The position numbers and the translations under genes are program-made. This document shows, in pieces, positions 1 to 7,041 of a DNA stretch of 38,762 nt. The DNA is from Actinomycetota bacterium (GTDB lineage: Bacteria; Actinomycetota; UBA4738; HRBIN12). A model generated the notes under the pieces. It was not told the origin of the DNA. It saw only the letters and a program-made list of their open reading frames with translations, and did not search any database. Location: NCBI GenBank assembly GCA_005885035.1, contig VAXZ01000115.1, forward strand, positions 1 through 38,762, given 5' to 3'. The stretch's first letter is position 1. The number at the start of each line of letters is the position of its first letter.

Positions 1-257
1 AGGCGACCGGTGTCCAAGGTGAAGACGCGGACGTCCGGGTTGATGCGCCACGCCATGTCCATCAAGGCCAAGCCGTCGATGCCGCCCGCGGCACTGATCG
101 CGATCCGAGGGTGGAAGGTGCCCAGTGCCCAGGCGAGCAGCTCCTCGGCGCGCGCCCCTTCGAAGCGGTCGGCAGCGTCACGGACCCAGCCGGCCTCCTC
201 GCCGAGGAAGGGAACGGCGGGCTCGTGGATAGGTTGGATCGGGTCGGTGTCTGCCAT
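1..257 (-). CDS. cysH: APS/PAPS (phosphoadenylyl-sulfate) reductase, 5' part, truncated by window edge
   Basis: Not in ORF track. Manual translation from ATG at 257: MADTDPIQP...ELLAWALGTFHPRIAISAAGGIDGLALMDMAWRINPDVRVFTLDTGR; the VFTLDTGR motif is typical of CysH. Confidence 0.85.
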   Translation of the reverse strand, partial: MADTDPIQPIHEPAVPFLGEEAGWVRDAADRFEGARAEELLAWALGTFHPRIAISAAGGIDGLALMDMAWRINPDVRVFTLDTGR

Positions 258-291
258 GGGTCGTCCCTCGAACGCCTGGACGTCGGAGCCG

Positions 292-324
292 GACAAGAGA
301 AAGGCCGCCTGCGCGGCGGCCCTT
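292..324 (-). terminator. Intrinsic (attenuator) terminator in cysH leader
   Basis: Minus strand GGCCGCC-GCGCA-GGCGGCC followed by TTTCTCTTGT. Confidence 0.8.
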
Positions 325-346
325 GAGGTCGATTGCGAGCGAGGAG

Positions 347-451
347 CTACCGCACGGGGTGGCCGGCGCGCAGCGGCGCCGTCGCGGTACAACAGCACAG
401 GCGACTGGGGATCATGGCCCCGACCTGGCCGACCGTTCGTGTGCGGATCAT
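347..451 (-). CDS. Cys-rich leader peptide (34 aa; alternative in-frame start at 415 gives 22 aa)
   Basis: MIRTRTVGQVGAMIPSRLCCCTATAPLRAGHPVR*; TGC TGT TGT at 397-389; lies between promoter and terminator upstream of cysH. Confidence 0.75.
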   Translation of the reverse strand: MIRTRTVGQVGAMIPSRLCCCTATAPLRAGHPVR

Positions 452-487
452 CGCGGAACGTGGCTCCCTCGAAGTTGCAGGTGCAAC

Positions 488-516
488 AGGCTACCGACGG
501 CTCCCGAACCCGTCAA
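488..516 (-). promoter_or_regulatory. Sigma-70/SigA-type promoter of cys leader/cysH
   Basis: TTGACG (516-511), 17-bp spacer, TAGCCT (493-488). Confidence 0.75.
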
Positions 517-523
517 GGGAAGA

Positions 524-2185
524 TCACACCCCGGGAGGGGCGAATGAACCCACCCAGAGGGCGCCGTCGGCGAACTCGAGGGACTGCACTGTTGACGAGA
601 TGGGGATCGTCTGGATCGCGAGGTTCGCGTTCGGGTTGACTTCGGTGACGGTTCCGTTCCCATGGTTCGCCACCCAGACGGATCCGCCTCCGATCGCGAC
701 GGCGGTAGGCTCCTGACCGACGCTGACGTCTTGGATCCCGGAGGGATGGTGAGGAGCGATCCGGAGCAGCTGGTCGTCCTGACCATCACTCACCCACACG
801 GATCCCGCTCCCACGGCGATGCTGGTCGGATCGCCCTGCAGGGGGATCGGGGGCTCGGCGCGATCCGTGCCGGGGTCGATCGCGGTTAACGTCCCGCCGA
901 ACCGATCGACAACCCACAAGGAGCCTTCCCCGTAGGCGAGGAGATCGATGGTGACGCCTGCGCCGAGTCGGATCGTGTCGATCGGACGGCCGGTGGACGG
1001 ATCGACCCGGTAGATCGTGCCGGAGGATCCGTTCGCGAGCCAAACGCTCCCCGCCCCCCACGAGACGGGAGCGTTGAACGATAGGAACTCGCCTCCTGGC
1101 CGCGTGACACTAGGGTCCACGATCGTCGCCTTTGCCGACAGGCCTGTCGTAGCGTCGATGCGCTCGAGGCCGAGTCCCTCGGGCACGAGGACCGAGACCC
1201 ACACCGCGTGGGCGGAAGCAGCCATGCACGTCGCGGGAGAAAGGCACGCCCCGGGGGCGGGAATCTCTTTCGCGACCTGGGGCTCGGCGTATCCAGGATT
1301 GATCTGGAACACGCCGCCGCTTTCGAACGCGGTCGTCTCGGTCAAGGCCCAGATGGAACCTCCCGCAGACACGATCGGCCCGGCGCTGATCCGTTGGAGA
1401 TACACGGGCTGCACCTGGTCGACGGTTGTCGTTGGGTTGACCTTGAACAGTGTCGCGTAGCCGTTCGCTTGGGACGTTTGGGGCGACGGTGGACCGTTCG
1501 TTCGGCCCGACGAAGCCTCGCGCGCGATCGCGACCACCGCGACGGTGATCGCGATGACGCCAGCGATGAGGCCGACGAGGAGCGTCCGAGCTCGTGTTCT
1601 TCCGGTGGGCCGATCCGAGCTCGAACGCGTCCGGCGTTCGACGGCCTCAACCCGGTCAAGCGGCGGTCCGAGAGCCACCCCTTCCACCGCGTCGAGCGCG
1701 AAGAGACGCCACGAGCCCGGGATGCCTTTGAGCTCGTAGGTTCCCCGTTCATGGAAGTCGAGGCCGGAGCCGGAGACAAGGTCGACGATCGTCTGGGTCA
1801 CCAGCACCTCTCCCGGTGCAGCCAGGCTCGAGACGCGGGCCGCGGTGTGCACGGCGATCCCGCCCGCTCCGCCGGCAGACAGCTCCGTCTCCCCGAAGTG
1901 GAGTCCCGCCCGCACCTCGAGGCCGATCGACCGCGTCGCAGGCAAGATCGCTGCCGCGCATCGGACTGCGTCCTGGGGGATGCGGAACCGCGCGAAGAAC
2001 GAATCGCCGGCCGTGTCTATCTCGTGGCCACCGAAACGGCGGAGCTCTCGGCGGATCAGGTCGTGGTGGGCGGCTTGGAGCTCGCGCCATCGACGGTCAC
2101 CGACCTCCACGGCGATCTCCGTGGAGCCCACGATGTCGGTGAAGAGCAACGCTGCGAGGTTCCGGCCCGCAGCACGCCGCGACAT
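524..2185 (-). CDS. Membrane-anchored class III adenylate/guanylate cyclase with extracellular beta-propeller (YncE/Vgb-like repeats)
   Basis: LFTDIVGST, TAGD, GLHFGE, VHTAARV motifs; one TM helix; repeated GxGSVWV blades; start re-placed at ATG 2185. Confidence 0.85.
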   Translation of the reverse strand: MSRRAAGRNLAALLFTDIVGSTEIAVEVGDRRWRELQAAHHDLIRRELRRFGGHEIDTAGDSFFARFRIPQDAVRCAAAILPATRSIGLEVRAGLHFGETELSAGGAGGIAVHTAARVSSLAAPGEVLVTQTIVDLVSGSGLDFHERGTYELKGIPGSWRLFALDAVEGVALGPPLDRVEAVERRTRSSSDRPTGRTRARTLLVGLIAGVIAITVAVVAIAREASSGRTNGPPSPQTSQANGYATLFKVNPTTTVDQVQPVYLQRISAGPIVSAGGSIWALTETTAFESGGVFQINPGYAEPQVAKEIPAPGACLSPATCMAASAHAVWVSVLVPEGLGLERIDATTGLSAKATIVDPSVTRPGGEFLSFNAPVSWGAGSVWLANGSSGTIYRVDPSTGRPIDTIRLGAGVTIDLLAYGEGSLWVVDRFGGTLTAIDPGTDRAEPPIPLQGDPTSIAVGAGSVWVSDGQDDQLLRIAPHHPSGIQDVSVGQEPTAVAIGGGSVWVANHGNGTVTEVNPNANLAIQTIPISSTVQSLEFADGALWVGSFAPPGV

Positions 2186-2249
2186 AGCCAGATTGTCCGC
2201 GGTCTCGCTCGAGCGAACAAGGCGCCCCGCCGCCAGTGGGGACGGGCTG

Positions 2250-3095
2250 TCACAAGGAGGCGACGCGGCCACGCTCTTCGGGAGTCAACCCGCGGAGCGG
2301 CAACCGGACGTCGGCGTGAGCCAGCACACCTTCGTTCAGGAGCACCTGTTTCGCGACCGCGGGCAACGACAGGTCGCGGAGGGCTTCGCGAAGGGCTTTG
2401 ACGCGAGCATCGGCGGCGTCGGTCTTCCGGTGCACCAGCTCGGCGGTGACCTCGGGCCACGCCGACGCCAGACCGGACACCGCCCCGACCGCTCCCGCGG
2501 CGAGCCCTTCCAACACGAGCGGCTCGAAGCCGATGAAGACGTCCAGACCGTCCAACAGGTAAGGCTTCACCGCTTCGAACGGCGTGTCCGACACCTTCAG
2601 CCCCGCCAGGTTCGGCACCTCGTCGCGCAGCCGTTCGATCACGGGGATCGGGACCGGGTAGCCGCTCCGCCCGACGAACTCGTAGATGTAGAACGGCAGC
2701 GGGTCACACGCGACGGCGGCGTTCCGGAAGTGATCGAACAGCTCCCTTTCGTCCAGCGGGAAGTACGGGGGAGCGATCACGGCGACGGCGTCGGCTCCGG
2801 CCTCCCGCGCGTGCGACGCGAGCGCGACCGTATCCGCGGTCGTCTGCGCGCCGGCGTGGACCGCGACCGCGAAACCGGACGGGCGCGACTCCAGACAGAG
2901 CTCCGTCATCCGGCGCCGCTCCGGCACCGAGAGCAGCACGCCCTCGCCCGTGGTGCCGCACGTGAGGACCCCGTCCATGCCGCCCTCGGCGAGGAAGCGG
3001 ACCAACGGAGCCACGCTGGCCTCATCCAGGGAGCGGCCGCCGTCACGCAGCGGCGTGACGGTGGCCGCGATCGCACCGTGGAGCTTCCCGAGCAT
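2250..3095 (-). CDS. Dihydrodipicolinate synthase/N-acetylneuraminate lyase family aldolase
   Basis: GTTGE motif, PPYF, catalytic Tyr (FYIYEF) and Schiff-base Lys (GLKVS). Confidence 0.85.
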   Translation of the reverse strand: MLGKLHGAIAATVTPLRDGGRSLDEASVAPLVRFLAEGGMDGVLTCGTTGEGVLLSVPERRRMTELCLESRPSGFAVAVHAGAQTTADTVALASHAREAGADAVAVIAPPYFPLDERELFDHFRNAAVACDPLPFYIYEFVGRSGYPVPIPVIERLRDEVPNLAGLKVSDTPFEAVKPYLLDGLDVFIGFEPLVLEGLAAGAVGAVSGLASAWPEVTAELVHRKTDAADARVKALREALRDLSLPAVAKQVLLNEGVLAHADVRLPLRGLTPEERGRVASL

Positions 3096-3112
3096 CCGCT
3101 CAGGGTACGTGG

Positions 3113-4396
3113 TCAGAACTGGCCGGTTTCGGTCGAGCCGTCGAGCGCGAGGGTCGAGGACTGCCCCTGGCTGATCGTCTTCGACACGAGATCGAACCAG
3201 CCCGTGCCGACCTCCCGTTGATGCTTGACCGCCGTGTAGCCGGCTGATTCGAGTGCGAACTCACGCTCCTGAAGACGCACGTAAGCCGTCATGCCCTCGT
3301 CGGCGAACCCCTTCGCCAGTTCGAACATGCTCGCGTTGAGGGCGTGGAAGCCCGCGAGCGTGATGAACTGGAACCGGTAGCCCAGGGCGCCGAGCTCCTT
3401 CTGGAAGGCGGCGACCTGCTGGTCATCCAGCCGCCGCTTCCAGTTGAACGACGGGGAGCAGTTGTACGCGAGGAGCTTCCCGGGGAACTCTGCGTGGACG
3501 CCCTCGGCGAACGCCCGTGCATCGTCGAGGTCCGGTGTGGCGGTCTCGCACCAGAGCATGTCCGCGTAGGGCGCGTACGCCCGCGCGCGGGCGATCGCGG
3601 CGTCCAGCCCGCCGTGAACGCGGAAGAACCCCTCCTCGGTCCGCTGTCCGTCGAGGAACGTCCGGTCCCGCTCGTCGATGTCGGACGTGAGCAGGCTCGC
3701 GCTGAGCGCGTCGGTCCGCGCCATCAGCACGGTCGGAGCGTCCAGGACGTCCGCGGCCAGGCGAGCCGCGACGAGCGTCCGGATGAACTGGCCGGTGGGG
3801 ACGAGCACCTTTCCCCCCAGGTGTCCGCACTTCTTCTCGGACGAGAGCTGATCCTCGAAGTGCACCCCCGCCGCGCCGGCTTCGATCATCGCGGTCATCA
3901 GCTCGAACGCGTTGAGGGGGCCGCCGAAGCCGGCCTCGGCATCCGCCACGATCGGGAGGCAGAACTCTGCCTCATCCCCTTCGGCCCAGGCGACCTGGTC
4001 GGCGCGACGAAGGGCGTTGTTCAGACGACGGACGACCGTGGGGACCGAGCTCACGGGGTAGAGCGACTGGTCGGGATAGGTGTGCTGCGCCGTGTTCGCG
4101 TCGGCGGCTACCTGCCAGCCGGACAGGTAGATCGCGCGGAGACCCGCCCGCGCGCACTCCACCGCCTGGCCACCCGTGAGGCAACCGAGCGCTGGCACGT
4201 AGTCGTCGGCGTTCACGAGCCGCCACAGCGCGGCGGCCGAGGTCTCCGCGATGACGTGACGCTCCCGGATCCTTCCCCGGAGCCGGACCACGTCCTCGGC
4301 GGTGTAGGGGCGGGTGATCCCGCGCCAGCGCTCCTCGTTCCGCCACCGGGCTCGCAGCTCGTCGGCTTCGCCGCGGATCCGCTCGGTGATCGTCAT
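3113..4396 (-). CDS. aceA: Isocitrate lyase
   Basis: [38 protein letters not shown]; 427 aa; GGAG RBS. Confidence 0.97.
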   Translation of the reverse strand: MTITERIRGEADELRARWRNEERWRGITRPYTAEDVVRLRGRIRERHVIAETSAAALWRLVNADDYVPALGCLTGGQAVECARAGLRAIYLSGWQVAADANTAQHTYPDQSLYPVSSVPTVVRRLNNALRRADQVAWAEGDEAEFCLPIVADAEAGFGGPLNAFELMTAMIEAGAAGVHFEDQLSSEKKCGHLGGKVLVPTGQFIRTLVAARLAADVLDAPTVLMARTDALSASLLTSDIDERDRTFLDGQRTEEGFFRVHGGLDAAIARARAYAPYADMLWCETATPDLDDARAFAEGVHAEFPGKLLAYNCSPSFNWKRRLDDQQVAAFQKELGALGYRFQFITLAGFHALNASMFELAKGFADEGMTAYVRLQEREFALESAGYTAVKHQREVGTGWFDLVSKTISQGQSSTLALDGSTETGQF

Positions 4397-4448
4397 CGGT
4401 CTCCAGCCTTCCCTTGGGCGCCGGTCGCTTCCGGCGCATCCCTGCGGG

Positions 4449-4479
4449 ATAACGAAACCTCCCGGGGTGGCCGGGAGGT
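4449..4479 (-). terminator. Intrinsic terminator-like hairpin within aceA leader
   Basis: ACCTCCCGG-CCACC-CCGGGAGGT (9-bp stem) followed by TTCGTTAT. Confidence 0.65.
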
Positions 4480-4516
4480 CGGGTGCGCACGACGGCCCCG
4501 TGGGCCGCGGCGCGGG

Positions 4517-4552
4517 TCAGCTGGCTACGTTCTTGAACGGTCGTTCAATCAT
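4517..4552 (-). CDS. Putative leaderless leader peptide MIERPFKNVAS
   Basis: ATG 7 nt downstream of the predicted -10; stop precedes a hairpin and the terminator; translation unproven. Confidence 0.4.
   Translation of the reverse strand: MIERPFKNVAS
4533..4548. promoter_or_regulatory. 16-bp inverted repeat (candidate operator or RNA hairpin)
   Basis: TTGAACG-GT-CGTTCAA, perfect 7-bp arms, AT-rich relative to background, just downstream of the predicted TSS. Confidence 0.55.
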
Positions 4553-4559
4553 CGACCTC

Positions 4560-4589
4560 ATCCTGCCAGACGCCGATGGTTCGGGTCAA
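4560..4589 (-). promoter_or_regulatory. Promoter of aceA leader
   Basis: TTGACC (4589-4584), 18-bp spacer, TGg-CAGGAT extended -10 (4565-4560). Confidence 0.6.
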
Positions 4590-4611
4590 CCGGTGTGGCG
4601 CAGCTGGGGGA

Positions 4612-4718
4612 TCAGGCGATGATCTTCGAGATCGAAAGCTCCAGGATGTCGGTGGCGCCGGCGGTCTTCAGCTCCGGGAGCAGCGGTTGACGCCTCGCTT
4701 GTCGACCACCGTCTCGAG
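4612..4718 (-). pseudogene. hisG: C-terminal remnant of long-form ATP phosphoribosyltransferase, with frameshift
   Basis: LETVVDKRGVN / frameshift at about 4685 / LLPELKTAGATDILELSISKIIA* resembles the HisG C-terminal regulatory domain; rest of gene absent. Confidence 0.7.
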
Positions 4719-4762
4719 TCCATCGCCGCTCGCTTCGCCGGATCCGTTCCGCGAGCCGGCGT

Positions 4763-5464
4763 CTATCCCCGGATGACCTGCGACAGCTTGAGGGTCTTCT
4801 CGTAGAGCGCCTTGCCGGTGACCGCCGCCTCGCAGCCGGCATCGCGCAAGGCCCAGATGTCGTCGGCGGATCGCACGCCGCCGCTCGCGATGATGGGTCG
4901 GTCGGTCAGACCGAGCACCTGTCGGTACAGACGCAGGTCGGGACCGTCGAGCGTCCCGTCCCGCGCGATCGCCGTGACGAGGTAACGGGGCGTGCCCGCG
5001 TCGTTGAGCGCCGGGATCACCTCTTCGACGGGGGGACCTTCCTCACGCCAGCCCTTCACCATGGCGTGACCGCCGCGCACGTCCACGGCCACCAGGATCC
5101 GCTCGGCGAACTCCTCGACGGCCCGGGCGACGAAGCCGGGGTCGAGCGCCGCGGAGGTGCCGAGGATGGCCCGGCCGGCCCCGATCTCGAGCACCGCGGC
5201 GACGTCCTCGAGGGTGCGGACGCCCCCGCCGACCTGGACGGGGAGCACCACCGAACGGCAGATGTCGCGGATCGTGTCGCGGTTGGCGCCCTCGTCGAGC
5301 GCGGCGTCCAGGTCGACCACGTGGAGTCGACGTGCACCTTCCTCTTGGAAGCGCACCGCCACCTCCACGGGATCGTCGTCGTACGCGGTCTCCTCGTTGG
5401 GGTCGCCGCGCAGCAGCCGCACCGCCCTCCCGGCTCGGACGTCGATCGCGGGGATCACGATCAT
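4763..5464 (-). CDS. hisA: ProFAR isomerase HisA
   Basis: IPAIDV, LHVVDLDAA, QVGGGVR, RDGTLDGPD, IASGGV, GKALYE. Confidence 0.93.
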   Translation of the reverse strand: MIVIPAIDVRAGRAVRLLRGDPNEETAYDDDPVEVAVRFQEEGARRLHVVDLDAALDEGANRDTIRDICRSVVLPVQVGGGVRTLEDVAAVLEIGAGRAILGTSAALDPGFVARAVEEFAERILVAVDVRGGHAMVKGWREEGPPVEEVIPALNDAGTPRYLVTAIARDGTLDGPDLRLYRQVLGLTDRPIIASGGVRSADDIWALRDAGCEAAVTGKALYEKTLKLSQVIRG

Positions 5465-5562
5465 GCTGCCCGGACCCCCTCGAGGAAGCGCTCGGACCGC
5501 TCGAGCTGCGGTGACACGTACGGCGTCGTGTCGCGGAGCCCCTCGCGAGGCTCGGCGGTCAT
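5461..5562 (-). pseudogene. 33-aa ORF, apparent HisC N-terminus/HisH C-terminus fusion remnant
   Basis: MTAEPREGLRDTTPYVSPQL-ERSERFLEGVRAA*; ATGA overlaps with hisD stop and hisA start; occupies the hisC-hisB-hisH position. Confidence 0.6.
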
Positions 5563-6845
5563 CGGTCGCCGGCCTCGTCCGCGCGGGCCTCCATCGCCTT
5601 CGCGTGTCCGACCAATCCCTCGGCCCGGGCGAGCGTCGAGGTGCCGGGACTGAAATGCGCGGTCGCGGCCGGCGACATCCGCATCACCGAGGTGATGGTC
5701 ACGTAATCCGCGGCGCGTAGCCCGCTCGAGAACCGGGCGGTTCCCGCGGTGGGGAGCACGTGGTTGGACGCGAGTCCGTAATCTCCGAAGGGCACGGCCG
5801 ACCACGACCCGAGGAAGATGGCTCCGGCGTTGCGGACGCTCGGGAGGAAGTCCTCGGGCTCACCCAGCAGGAGCAGCAGGTGCTCGGCCGCCACGTCGTT
5901 CACCGCCGCCGCCGCGTGCACCAGGTCGCGCACCAGCACCAGCTTCGTGTGGCGGATCGCGAGGTCGATGATCTCCCGACGACCGACGAGCGCCAGCTCC
6001 TGCTCGAGGGCGGCGTCGACCTTCTCGGCGAGCGCGGCATCCGGCGTGACGAAGAACGTGCGGGCCTCGGGATCGTGCTCCGCCTGCGCGATCAGATCGA
6101 GCGCCGCCATCCGCGGATCGACGTCGCCGTCGGCGACGATCGCGAGCTCCGACGGGCCCGCCAGGCCGTCGATCCCGACGAACCCGGCCACCTGTCGCTT
6201 GGCCTCGGTGACGTAGACGTTGCCCGGACCCACGATGCGGTCGACCGACGGGATCGACTCCGTCCCGTAGGCCATCGCTGCCACGGCCTGCGCGCCGCCG
6301 GTCCTGGCGACGTCGGTCGCTCCGGCTCGCTTCGCCGCGTACAGCACGGCGGCGTGGATCGACCCGTCGCGTTGCGGCGGCGTGCACACGACGATCTCCT
6401 CGACGCCGGCGACGGTCGCCGGGACCACGGTCATCGCGACGGTCGACGGGTACTTCGCCCGGCCGCCCGGCACGTAGCACCCGACCGATGCGAGCGGACG
6501 CACGATCTCACCGAAGCGGATCCCATCGTGTTCGTCCCACCACTCGCGAGGGATCTGCCGGTCGCAGAAACCGCGGAGCCGGTCGATCAACGCGTCGATC
6601 TCGGCGCGCAGCTCGCGCGGTGTCTCTCGTTCGGCGTGCGCGAACTCGCGCTCGGTCACCAGGATCCCGGAACGGGAGAGGTCGGCTCCGTCGAACTGCT
6701 TCGACAGCTCGATCAGCACGTCGTCGCCCTCGACGAAGACGCGTTGGAGGATCTGCCGGACCGTTTCCGTGGTGGCGGGATCGATCTCGAGCTTCGAGGG
6801 CTCGAGCCGCCCGCCCCGCTCACGCAGGTCGAGGAGCTCGAGCAT
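5559..6845 (-). CDS. hisD: Histidinol dehydrogenase
   Basis: GCYVPGG, GGAQAVAA, GPGNVYV, GPSE, QAEHD, AAEHL, GDY, HVLPT; start at ATG 6845 after GAGGAG. Confidence 0.95.
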   Translation of the reverse strand: MLELLDLRERGGRLEPSKLEIDPATTETVRQILQRVFVEGDDVLIELSKQFDGADLSRSGILVTEREFAHAERETPRELRAEIDALIDRLRGFCDRQIPREWWDEHDGIRFGEIVRPLASVGCYVPGGRAKYPSTVAMTVVPATVAGVEEIVVCTPPQRDGSIHAAVLYAAKRAGATDVARTGGAQAVAAMAYGTESIPSVDRIVGPGNVYVTEAKRQVAGFVGIDGLAGPSELAIVADGDVDPRMAALDLIAQAEHDPEARTFFVTPDAALAEKVDAALEQELALVGRREIIDLAIRHTKLVLVRDLVHAAAAVNDVAAEHLLLLLGEPEDFLPSVRNAGAIFLGSWSAVPFGDYGLASNHVLPTAGTARFSSGLRAADYVTITSVMRMSPAATAHFSPGTSTLARAEGLVGHAKAMEARADEAGDR

Positions 6846-7000
6846 CAGCGCTCCTCGACGACCTCGGGCTGAGCTGCGGCGCTCGCCGCCTTCGCGAGCC
6901 GGTGATCGCGGGCCCACAAGACCCATCCGCTCGCGCCCACGGCGAGCGCCGCCGCGGCGAACAGGATGAGCGCGAGCAGGAACGTGGCGTCGCGGTCCAT
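6845..7000 (-). CDS. Small single-TM protein (51 aa)
   Basis: MDRDATFLLALILFAAAALAVGASGWVLWARD...; TGATG overlap with hisD; TACCCT -10 at 7015-7010. Confidence 0.6.
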   Translation of the reverse strand: MDRDATFLLALILFAAAALAVGASGWVLWARDHRLAKAASAAAQPEVVEER

Positions 7001-7041
7001 GAAGGCGCCAGGGTACCGAACGAACGCAACCCCCGACCCGG

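Noticed and set aside
4763-5464. hisA retained because it is a bifunctional PriA (TrpF activity)
   Set aside because: Has GGG and KGW where PriA typically has SGG and RGW, so it looks like plain HisA; not excluded experimentally
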